Of a DNA stretch of 64,000 bases, positions 52,472 to 64,000 are shown piece after piece. The DNA is from Balanoglossus misakiensis. Taxonomy: Eukaryota; Animalia; Hemichordata. The stretch lies in the NCBI GenBank assembly GCA_040954595.2, contig CM082580.2, positions 6,331,519 to 6,395,518 on the forward strand, given 5' to 3'. Positions within the stretch are counted from its first letter, which is position 1, and each line of letters starts with the position of its first letter. The notes under the pieces are model-generated. The model was not told the DNA's origin, searched no databases, and saw nothing but the letters and a program-made list of their open reading frames with translations. A program made the translations under genes and the position numbers.

Positions 52472-55400
52472 ATGGCGACCTACCAGCCAGACGAAGCACA
52501 CGGAACAGCCAGGCAGGAGGAGGGCTGCCCGGAACCGTACCGACAATTTCGGTTTGAAGGTGGGACAGATGACGAGACAACTATGAGGAGGGTGTACCTC
52601 CAACTTATGGCCTTGGAAGAAGAGCATGAACGCAGCTTGGATACATTGAAGCAGTGTATGTCCTTGATGAGGAAGATTCCTGCTGTCGCCCGGCAACTAG
52701 ACCCTGCAGTGGATGCTCTGCAGAAGAGGAAAACCCTGGCTTCAGATGATGTGGATTGTCCCAAGGGTAAGAATAGTTAATAGGCAAGATACTAAAATTA
52801 ACCCCATTTTGACGAAGAATAGTGCATTGTTTTTCAAGTTTTAAGTTTCTTATTGTGGGTTATAGGCACAAGTGGAAAATTGCATTTATTTCTTCTACTA
52901 GGCCCAATTTACAACTTGAAAAATTCTCTCCTATAGGAATGATGCAATTTATGAGTATGTGTACATTATCATGGGTTACATTTTGTATTTATATGATTTA
53001 TCCATGGCACTGGCAAACACATGGTGTCTGCATAGGTTAGATACATTATTACATGATTTTAATTTCTTTTTTGTCTAGATGTTAATATTGAACCATTTAA
53101 GAGAGGGGTCCTTGATGAGATTGAGGAGGAGCAGTGGACCAAGAAAGATTCCATTGAATTGCAAAAGGAACTGGCATACAGTGCTGTCACCGAAAAGCAG
53201 GCAAGTTTAAAGATTTGCTGAATGAAAACAACCATTCTCGAAGTCTCTCCTGAGAGAAGTACTAGATTTACTATCCCAGCAATGGCTACATAAATTGTAA
53301 AATCACAGTTTTAGATTTATTTTTCTCAATTTAACAACTGAATGCTCTTGTTCTCATCCCCCCCCCCCCCCCAAAAAAAGTTTCTGTTGGTCAGAATGTA
53401 CAGGCTAATCGTGTGATTCTGTTTTACCCCCTAGTGCAACAAGCCTGATCCATATGAGACACATGAAACTGTTGGAGACACCGGATTTGCCGAGGCAAGT
53501 AATTTCAGTACTGCCGGGCAGAGCAAGCCGTCACTTCCGACAAATCCAATGACAACTCCAGTACAGGAGGGACAGAAAGTGGGTGGTAGGGTCGTCGAGG
53601 TGCAGCCAGCCATCGCAGAGGTTGATGAAGCGTGTGCTGGGGACGAAAATGGGGAAGATGAGGTGAGTGAAGCTGATGTTGCAGGGTCAGATCTGAAGCT
53701 GGCAGCGAACGCTTGCGACCCTCGCAGTCAAGCCGAGCCGCGAGAAAAACGAGACTTGGGGGGCTGTGTGAATGATGGAGAAAGGGGTGAAATAACTGCC
53801 AGCGTACCAAGCAGTAACGGAAGATCCAGCAATGCTCTGAAAATTGCACCGAGATCGTTTCACTATTTGTACATGCAGGAGATATATGCAAAGGTAGAGG
53901 GAGAGAGGAAAGACAAAGTTGAAGTTGATGACAAACGGAGTGATTGCGCACTCGTTGGGGCAGCACCTTGTGCTGTCACTGGCAACTGCAGCAGGAAGGA
54001 AGAGACATCTGAAGACCAGGTGTCAGAATCTTCTGAGTTAGAAAATTCAGAGGAGACAAGTTCTGAGATTTCTGAAGAGAAAGATGCAGACCGTAGTACT
54101 GAAAATGAAGTGGTCTGTAGTGTTGGTCGTGAGCAGCTTTTGAGTTGTGATAAAGATTGTGTTGGAGGACTGTCCAGATCGCGCAAAGAACCCTCACTGT
54201 TGTCATTACCTTGCGATAGCGCCATCAAGTCTAGCACAACCGGCAGTGATAGCCGTTCTGGTTCTCAGAGTTTGTCCGCCTGCCCTTCTGGTGGTAACGG
54301 ACAAAACTGCCTGAGACCGCTGTCTCTGCAACCAGTCCCGAGAGTGAAGCGCTATCTCCCCGGTGCATCACTTGAAAAGTATCAAAACAAGCAAAGCCTG
54401 GACACTTACAGAGAACGGGGTTCCCTGCGAATGGCAATAAAGTTTCCCAACACTTGTGACAACACTGAGCATCAAGAGGCTGGCACTGGAAAAGTTGTAA
54501 CGGATGTGGCCGTGCTGCATTCCGATATTCCACCGGACTGTGCGGGCAAAGACACTGACGGGGAACAGTCACAAGAAAATCATGTTGCCAAGTTGGAAAA
54601 TGAAGATGGGGACATTTGTAGTGGAGAGGTTCTTACTGATGAAGATAACGTCAACACTGTGTGCACGGCCAACCCAGCTACGTGTACTTCCACTGGGTTT
54701 GATGACTTTTTGAACACAGGTGACAAAAAACTCAGTGATGTTAGTCAGACTGACATCGTCCTGCCTGAATTATCGCCAAGCCCCAGGAAAGCGATTGACT
54801 CGGCAAGCTTCACAGGTACAATTGACTGTGGCGGGGAAGCTAACGAGAAACAGGTGTATTTACATGCCCTTCCAGCTTCACCGGGCAGTGTCGGAGAACA
54901 TGTTCCCGGGTCCCCAGAGGGTGACTACGAGCCGAGGAACAGACGGGGGAATCAAGGAGAGAACATCGTCAAGGCAGAACAAGAGGCCCGCGTGGACGCA
55001 ACATCGGCGTCGACCCTGGCAACTCCGAAACCGACCGGAAGTGCCTCGCCAAAGCCTCCCTTTCCGGCATTGCCCGCCTTCCATCCGGCGCTCTTCCAGC
55101 AAATGATGAGGTGCCGGCTACAGAGAAGCAGCGCCCAGACGTCCAACGGTGAAACCCAGCAGTCGAAACCTGTCGGGTACGGTGTCATGGAGACTACTGC
55201 GCCAGCCAGCAGAGTCGCAGTGGAAGAACCACCAAAGCCGTGGCTTCAACTCACCACTGATGGTGCAACGCCTGGATGCAAGTATCCAGGTATACTACGC
55301 TTTTGTTTGTTTATAGATAGGTTTCAAGGTCAAACAGTGCTTCAGTCATACATGTAGACATTCAGTGATTATAATATTGTTTTAAGTCGCGTAGACTTAA

Positions 55401-56220
55401 TTACTGCAGCTTATAACATTGAGTGGCTGGGATATCCAAACACTTTGTGTTATTATTATCCACATGTTTCTAATTCATACTGATGATGATTTTGTGCTTC
55501 TGGTTTCATTGGAAACATTCTTAAACAGGATCTGTTTGGTAGGAGGGGATGGAATTTGTCGTGTACAATGCTTACCTTTGTATTTTAAAAGGTCACCAAA
55601 CTTTGCCAAAAATAGATTGGTTCCCACGAACTGTGACGTCAAGCGTCACCTCACTTGTGCCATATTTGGTTACCCCTTTTTCTTATGCAAATGATTCTGA
55701 GAATCTGTGTTGTGGCAATTCAGCTAACAGTCCTTATAAATTTATTTGTTTGTACAGTTTTTAAAGTTTCCATGGTGAAATTGCTGGAAAGTGTGGCCGG
55801 CCGTACAAAAATACTTCTGTTTAGAGATTATTAACCCTAATGCTTATTGTTCACAGGAGTCCGAGTTGAAGTATTTCATATGCAGAAGTGCATAGTGAGA
55901 GTTGCATGTCTGAAGCCAACACACTGTGTTAGAGATGTGTATGACCTTGTAAAACATAAGGTAAGTGTTCACATATGTAGAGTAAGACATACAATTTATG
56001 CCTGTAATTATGGACTTAAACCTTGCCCTACTGTGAATAATTAACTTTTATTTTTGAGGTTGGACTTTAGAAGTAATTGTATGTTAAATGTTTGTTTTAG
56101 GTGACGGAGAAAACTGGATATTCTGATTTTGTGCTGGTGAATTGTACAGACAGGCAGCCAATGGACGGTGGTTGCTACCTTGGAAAGAACAACATCAAGG
56201 CATTTGTCATGCGTCGGTGA
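52472..56220 (+). CDS. Kinase-less protein (~831 aa): N-terminal helical segment, long acidic/Ser-rich low-complexity region, C-terminal NIK-CTD-like domain
   Basis: Exons 52472-52766, 53079-53200 (GC donor CAG|GCAAGT), 53435-55289 (shares the frame of the 602-aa ORF), 55857-55960, 56101-56220 (TGA). They sum to 2496 nt in phase. The last two exons encode GVRVEVFHMQKCIVRVACLKPTHCVRDVYDLVKHK|VTEKTGYSDFVLVNCTDRQPMDGGCYLGKNNIKAFVMRR, which aligns to the last two exons of the neighbouring NIK gene. No kinase motifs were found. Confidence 0.78.
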
Positions 56221-59200
56221 CACTTTCGTCATTCCGGGAATGGGGACCAGTAGCCGGCAGCTGGCAGCGAAGAAACACAATCAGCATTCACCTTTTCAAC
56301 CGCAGCAGTTTTTAGTTCAATTTTTGGGGGGGCACTGAGGGCAACTGGGTCACTTTGTTCAGACCAGACACTGATTTTCTTCAGTGCCCCGGTCGATAGC
56401 TGCGCGCGCTTTCTCACACCCTCAGCTGTATACCTGCAGTTTGCTCTGCATGCATCTTTGTTTGTCCACTACCTATATTACAGGGGTCACACACGCACAC
56501 ACACCATTAAGAGGGTCAGAAGCGTCTTGGATCAAAAACTGGCGTAAATTAATGTGTGAATGGTTTAAGTGATCCTGAAACGTTTCAGATTTGAGACGGC
56601 CGGCCAGACCTGAGCCGGGTGTAAGGAATAACACCTCTCCACAACCCATTGTGTGGACCCTTGCATTCACAGTGTGATGCCCGGTGATCAGTCTTTTTAA
56701 AATTAATATTTGAGAAAAAACTCCTTGACACCCAGACACACTTGAGAGTTTTTGGTCCACAACAGGAGTATGTGTACCCAGGATGAGTCAACTCTGACTG
56801 CCCATCCCCCCCCCCCCCCCTAGTATTGTGTCTACAGAAAGGAAAGTGCATGTGTGTACTTTCTGATTGAAAAAAAGCCAACAAAAGCTACAAAAAAAAA
56901 GAAAAACAAAGACAAAATATAAAAAACCGCACAGATATAGTATACAGACATGAGACATTAAACATGAGAAAAAGATTTAAAAAAAACCTATAATTTATAA
57001 ACAAGTATTCATGCATCAAATGCAAATTACACACAAATAAAGAAAAAAACGCATATATTAAAAAATATATTAATGCATAAAATGCAAGTTAAACGGAGAG
57101 CCATAAAATCCCTGTGCTATCTTAGTACTTAAGTTATAAAGCTATAATCATGACTACTCTGCAAGCTCACCAAGCCATGTTCTATCATTGTTGTTAGTGA
57201 GTTTTTATCATGTACCCTTCTGAAGGGCAAGCAACAAACCTTTTAATGTTTACAATTATACAGATTATTGCTTTACGATATAAATGCACAATTGATTCTT
57301 AAAAAGAATTTTTGTAAATATTTTTCTATATACAATTTTAAATATATAACCTCTCTGAGCTCTATTAGGGACTTTACGGTGTACTTGATTTAATAAACAA
57401 AGTTCAAAAGGATTTTGATGCGCGTGTATGAGTGTCGTATGTATTGATCGCTTAGTCATTCAAGAAATGTTACTGTTGGCAACCAGCCATATCTCTGCTA
57501 ATCTCTCAAAAAATGTTAGCCTAGCCCCCACCCCACCACCCCCAACCTCTAAGGGCTTCATGAGAATTATGTAAATGTGATTCCTTGGAATTGCATCTGG
57601 CCGTTACTGAGACAGAACCTGTGATTCCATTAAAGTCACATGGGGAAGACATGTCAAAGATAATGATGAAGTCTCATGATCACGAACAAACGTGCACTGA
57701 ACACCAACGACATGTAGATTATGATTCTCTGAATGTGACGTGTCTCTCGAGTCTACAAGTCAATATACGGTAGCATTTTGGCAATTTGCCAGTTGTGTTC
57801 TACAGCCGCAGATTTTTCATGTGTGTCTGTAGAAGACAAAATACACATGTACAAAATGTAGTAGCATGTTGGCATTTTGCCAGTTTTATTTTGTCGCAAC
57901 AATTTTCTCTTTGAATTTGTGGGCAGACCTGTCGCTGGCTTTAGATTTCTGGGTTGAACCAGTGTAGAAATGGAGAAAAACCTTGAGAATATCCTCAAGA
58001 CAATGAAAGCGCAACCAGCAATCCCCCCCCCCCTCCATATGCATTAAAAGGTGCAGAGGATCTTGGCTGGACAAATAGGGTTTTAATGTTTGGTGTGCTT
58101 TTGTCGAAAAGTGCTTTTAGATAGAATACAATGAAAGCCTTTACTTGAATTTGTCCCATGAGAATTGATGAATGATGGCATAATGTATTTTATGGCTCTA
58201 TTATTTGCTGGAAAATATAAGAGAAACTCAGTGAAGGAAATCCTTTGAACAAAGCACTATCGACGGCTTTATTCCTCACAGAAAACAGCACACTTTTCTG
58301 ATGCAATGTGGTGAAATTGCCCAATTTGCTAGTGTGGCCGCTGAGGGCTTTATAGCGCCATCTAGAGACAAAGCATAAAATTCTTTCTGTACCATGCACT
58401 GTGAGAAATACAGTGAAGAATCTGCGGAAAAAAAGATAAAAGAAAATATCTGAATATTACAGCTCCCGAAGGATAGAATTAGATGTAAGCGTCTGTGTGC
58501 ACATTCATGTTGACCCTGCGAGCGCCATATTTTTCTCATTATCACACAGTTCACCCTGATTCCCCGCCGCCGTTAATTCTAGACTAAGTGAACATTTTTT
58601 ACGTTTTCTGCATGTCTTGACTAAAATTTGAGAAACGGATAAGATAACAACACAGACACAGAGAGATTTACATTTAATTTTCGGATCTTGCGTTTGATGC
58701 ATTGCCAGGCAACAACAAGCTTTTCAAACAGAGCTTGCATAGTGAAAGAGGCACATGCGCAGTACGCATCTTGTACCGGACAACCCACCAAATGCGCATG
58801 ATCTGAAGGCGTTTTATTCATACATTGTACAGACATTCATATCCAAATTAAAACACAAATTGAAAACAGGTCACAGATATTATTACAGCACCTGAAAACA
58901 AAAATCTTACCAGGATTGTCTAAATTGAACCAACTATCGAGCTACAACGTATATCATTAACACTTTTAAAGTCCACGCACGCGCACACGTAATTGAAATA
59001 CAAATTAACTTTTATTGCCATGTATACGAAACGTGTAAAATATTGAATTTTCACAGCCATTTCCTTGGCCTAGACAGATTTCTTTCCTGACATCGCCTTT
59101 TTAGTCGGTCTATTCAATGTTTACATTATCTACAATCCTCGTTACAATATCTACATGTAATTACATGTTTACATCACTCGAATTAACAACCTCGTCACCA

Positions 59201-59860
59201 AGACGACGACTATGAGCGTTGAGCCGATTACTGACCAATTAGTGTATGACGTACCAATAATATTCAATGCTACAGGAAGGATCGCTTGATATCTTGGAAT
59301 AGGAGGAGCTTGAGGATTTTCGACAAAAGTGATGCTGCTCAAAAAGTTCTAACATTTAAAAATCGCCACTATTCCAGTTTTCTAAAGCCCCCCCCCCCCG
59401 AAAGATCAAATGATTCACCCCTTAACAAATTTAACTCTCGTTGAATAGAAACAGTGCGAGGCAAAGGGGGAAATATCCGTCTAGTTTTTGGATACCTGTA
59501 TAGATTGAAAAAATCAGTCGTGCCGTGCGCTCGTGACAGTAACCCTTTTACGGCATGACCGTATTTTTTATCCCACGTGTTTGTCGCTGAAATCAAAAGT
59601 AGAAAATCGTACATATTTACATTTATGTGCAAGACTGGTTAAAGGCTCCCTATAACGTTTATTTTTTTTAATTTGCTCTTAAATACCGTCTTACACCAAG
59701 AAATATTCAGATAAGTAAGTTTTCAAAAACACGGCGCCATATCAAACACTTCGAAAAAGATTGAAGACAGCCGGTCAAGTATACCGCTTGGCTACCCCAC
59801 AAAATGGACGCACAGATTTACCACTGTACTACACAGCGCATGCTCGTTGCGATGGCGGAT

Positions 59861-62800
59861 CTACGAGTAGGGATTGAGCAGCGGGTTGCACACATAGATT
59901 GAATTCTGTTTGACGTGCAGCAGTTTGGTGAAGCGGTGGCTGGTGTATGACCTGATGTATGCGGCACTGTCCAGCATGCCGAGTCCGTCTTTCACGTTAC
60001 CCATGATGATGTACCTGGTATCACCTGTGCGGAGGAAAAGTGAACGAAATGCGCAATTAATTACTGATTTGGGGTTGGGATACACAAATGCTTTGTTGCG
60101 TCGAACATTGCCGGCTACTGGCGACAGGTGGTCAGAGGCAAGAATAACGAATGCAACGTCTTAATGTATAGTCGTCTTGATTTCGGCTGCATAAGACAAC
60201 CATGCAGACACACGTATGGTCAAATTACAGCCTAGTTTAGTTTAGTTTAGATTAGTTTAATCTAAATCACGGTCCCTGGAGGGACTGTGCTTAAGGAGAG
60301 GTGACTGTTGATTTCAACATTCAACTTGTCATGAATGCTGAGCAATCCAGAAATTTGAATTTAAGTTAAACTGCTCACCAAAACGCAGTCATGGCCTATC
60401 CCCAACCCATATAGTAAGAATACAAAGTCATGTAATTCAGTCAGTCAGTACCGTACCTGCTGAAACGCTAGGACAGAGGCACTCGCCGTTGAATTTCAGT
60501 GTCAAGCGAATCACGCCGACACCGTTCTCCGACTGCGCCACCTGCAGGCCGCCATGTTTGTACAGTCCGTCCACCAGCACGGCAAGGGTGATGGCATCGT
60601 CACTGGTGGTAATGGCCGAGGAAATTGTACCACTCAACACTAGAACGCGTAAAAAAAAAACAGAAAGAAAAACAATAATTGTAACACCTGACCAAAATAC
60701 AACAAGGTTCGTGCCAACAGATGCCACTTATGTAACATTATGAGAACAAATTTAAATCTGTGAATTATATTTAAATAATCGATCATTGCGCTTGGTTTAC
60801 AAAACACAGATTTTGTTATCACAAATTGCAGGCGTTCAACTCCCTTTTCGTTGCAAGTTGTTATCTTTTGAGATCGTTGAAAAAAGAGGCGTCTTTTAAA
60901 ATTAAAATGTGTTTTGTTTATAGAGTTTTGAAAAAAGCGAACTTCACAGCATTTTTAAAGGCAAGCCATTTGATTTCTTTGGGATGGAGGATTTGCTTAT
61001 GTCAGCATTTTTTTTCAGCCACTGTTACAGCATTTATTTACGATTGCCAGCCAACTTTTTGACTTAGGGCATTGCCCAAAAGAAATATTTTTCCTCCGCA
61101 CCATCTGCCACCAAAATTATACCCAAAAATCCTCCGTCCACCCCCACTGGTAGAAACCAGATGGTTCTTCCCTCAGCAGCGCGATTGACGCGTGCCTGTA
61201 CATACCGAAGTCCTTGTTGCAGTAGCTATCATGGAGATCTTTCTCGGGTTCACAGTACTCGCACTCATCCGGTAAGGATGACACGGGTACAACGCGGTCA
61301 ATAACACTTGGTACTTCGGGCAGCACCTCTGTCACGGGTATCACTGAAACGACACAAGGAGACCGGTTCAAGTTTACGCGAGACTATCACTTTACTCAGC
61401 TGATGATATTTGTAACGCTGGTCTCGATTGGTCCACGAACAGTCACCGCTGTCCTTTCTACATTGCTCAGGATCTTCTAATTAGCTTTTCCTTTTAACAT
61501 TCACGTTCTGTTACAGTAGTTGTCTAACATTATTATCGCCCTGCACTTAAACTGAGCGTATTCGTACGCAGCACTGTCTTTCAATAATTCAAGTTTAATG
61601 AAACATGCTGTCAAAAAACCTCACTCGGACAGACGAAAACACGTTCTGTCTGAAGTCGTTCTTCACTCTAATCAACAATTGATTACTTCGGCGTTAACTC
61701 CCCTTACCTTCATTACTGGAGCAGACAGACACACAGTCTTCTTGTCTGTCGAAATTGTTGTCGTTCCCGAGACATCCGCCGTACACAAACTTCACGCAGT
61801 CGTTGAGCGTCTTGTCCCAGCCCCATCGAGGGAAGTAACCCCGGCAGGGTCCCGTCTCCAGAGGGTGTTCGCACTGGTTGGTGGGCATGTCTGTCGGGAA
61901 GAAAGTACTTTAGTATTAAAGAATCAAGGAGAAACAGTGAATACACTTGAAACTTGTTTTTTTTGTTTTACTTTGAGCCCCGATGGAAATTAGTAACTCG
62001 GTCGCTCATAAAAAAAGTGTAGATTCGTAACAACTGACCTGGACATGTTGCTCGACACTGTTCATATTCAGCAAATCGGTTAGCGTTTCCGCCGCATCCA
62101 CCATAAGCCTGCACTTCGCAAGACTGGCTCTCTGAATTGTACGTCCACACGGCGATGTACTGATGACACGTCCCTTTGTCGAATGGCAAGTAGCAGACAG
62201 GGTCCATGGATCCCGTGGGCTGGCTTGCGCCCTCATCGGGGCGGACCGTGGTCACCACTTCTTCTGTCGTGCTCGCTTCTGTCACTGGGCGATCTGTTGG
62301 TGAAAATTGAGATTAATTTAGCACCAGCTTTGAATGAAAGCATTGCTCTCTATCCACCAACTTTTACCCCTGGCTATAGAATTATCAACTTCTTTAAAAA
62401 TCCGTTTAATCAGCCTCTATACAAAGTTGAGTAACAATCGCCAAGAGATGACAAGCTGATGCAGATACATGTGATATGGTTCAATAGTGAGGATTTTAAA
62501 AATATAGGGAGAAGATTTGAAGTATTTTATTGTAGGTAAAAAAAATGTGTGTTTGTTGGTCTTTAAACGGTAATTTGAGAATGCCATTGCATCGGTACTG
62601 TTTTCACATCCATTGAAATGACAGAATTTCACATTAAATACACCCCATGGCATCAACCTATGGCCATATACATGTACTACTTTGCCCTGATGTTGTGACA
62701 CTTCCGGTTCCGGTTTGAGCTTACCTATGACATTCAGAGCGTAGACTGCAGCCAGACTTCCCGCGGCGTTGGCGGCTATGCATAGATAATTACCAGTCAT

Positions 62801-63618
62801 TTCTTTCTGTGCACTCGGGAAATGTAAGATACCCTTCTCGGAAACTGTTAAAAATAAAATAAAACGAATACTGCTCAACGTCTCCAAGGAAACCGGCAAT
62901 TTACTTGAGCAGACGACACCTGAGGCGCCTGTTGGCGCGTGTCCATTTCCATCAAGCCGCTCTCTCCCCAGTTGGCCAGTAAAGAAATTAGGCCTTTTTA
63001 AAATTTACGCTTTAGCCCTTAGGGAGGTTAATAATTTACATCTTTGACGAAAAAGATATCGCTATCTTCGTAACATTTTAAACAGAAACTCAAAGAATAG
63101 ACTGGGGGTGTTTTCACCAAGTTTCAAACGAAGATGTCGGGTGTAGGCCTACTCCCTTGCTGTATAGGACAGGAATGCGTTAAATTTGAAATGTATAGTT
63201 GATCTCCCCTTCTAAAATTAGCGAGAAGAGTCGAGAAATATAGAAGAGTAAACAGTATACTTGTCTCTAAAAGATCGCCATACGATATTTGACTTGTCAA
63301 ACAGACATGCTAAAATTGTGCAATTCATTGGTCAGGAAGGATTTACAAAATGGCCGTCAAATACCATTGCCTACTGACCCCTCACATTTCACGCAGGTAC
63401 CCCGAGTCGAAGTTTGCACCTTGTGCAAAATGATTATACTTGACGCGTCCCCAACTTACCGAATATCGTTCCATACGTCTGCCCGGGATACATGACCAGT
63501 TCGTCCTTCTTCCAAAATATGACGGGTTCGGGGTTGGCCTTGACATTGCACTCTATGTTGGCTGCATCACCCTCATAGGCCACCACCTCCCCCGGTGGGG
63601 AAACCAGAACTGGCACCC
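59861..63618 (-). CDS. WFIKKN: WFIKKN/GASP-like multidomain protease inhibitor, 3' part (Ig-Kunitz-Kunitz-NTR); 5' exons lie beyond the window
   Basis: Exons 63618-63460 and 62844-62725 (Ig: ANIECNVKANPEPVIFW...GNYLCIAANAAG), 62293-62039 (Kunitz 1: CYLPFDKGTCHQY...YGGCGGNANRF), 61890-61708 (Kunitz 2: GPCRGYFPRW...FVYGGCLGNDNNF), and 61343-61206, 60639-60457, 60024-59861 (NTR: CEYC..LHDSYCNKDF...ECLCP...RYIIMG). All introns are phase 1. The order Ig-KU-KU-NTR is characteristic of WFIKKN. Confidence 0.85.
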
Positions 63619-64000
63619 CTGTGTAGCAAGAGCATAACAGGACCCATCTTATATTTTGGAGACATAGGCCTTGCAAGGAGGACAATTATGTCTCCAACGT
63701 GTGAGAGACATATTTTTGAGGGGCACTGGTTCACCCTTGGCTCATTGCTATGGGGTGCCGACATGTTAACAGGTGTGTGAATAATCCTATCTCCCGTCTG
63801 GATGAGACGTTGCATATATATTTGGGCTGTTAAATATGCAATACATAGTGCACCGTTTTCTATATAGAATTACACTTCACACTAACGTTAAAGATACCAC
63901 AGGGATTTTACATTCAATGAAACGCTAGGCTTCTTATCCCATTTCCAAACTAACGCCCAAGACGGGCGCATCACCAGACAATATTTGGCACGGCCATGAA

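Noticed and set aside
53555-53575. PVQEG as a TRAF-binding PxQxT motif
   Set aside because: It lacks the terminal Thr/Ser, and such short motifs arise by chance in long disordered regions.
59861-63618. Papilin or TFPI identity for the Kunitz gene
   Set aside because: A terminal NTR domain after Ig-KU-KU fits WFIKKN and neither alternative.

Overview
AT-rich, intron-containing animal genomic DNA; the gene content and repeat style suggest a marine invertebrate, probably a deuterostome (inference). I reconstructed four spliced genes by hand from splice signals and reading-frame phases. (1) Myosin ID on the minus strand, 20 coding exons, about 1008 aa, with one GC-AG intron. (2) Divergent from it, a very large MAP3K14/NIK orthologue on the plus strand, 18 coding exons, about 2079 aa, with an unexpected TAZ-type zinc-finger exon upstream of the kinase domain. 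(3) Downstream in tandem, a kinase-less gene of about 831 aa whose last two exons are homologous to the NIK C-terminal domain, a candidate NIK decoy or adaptor. (4) The 3' part of a WFIKKN-like gene (Ig-Kunitz-Kunitz-NTR) on the minus strand. Between genes 2 and 3 is a 2.9-kb foldback structure with near-identical ~1-kb inverted arms, each holding a 22-bp minisatellite and a transposase HTH remnant. Several MITEs are also present. All homology calls rest on recalled family motifs; no database search was run.
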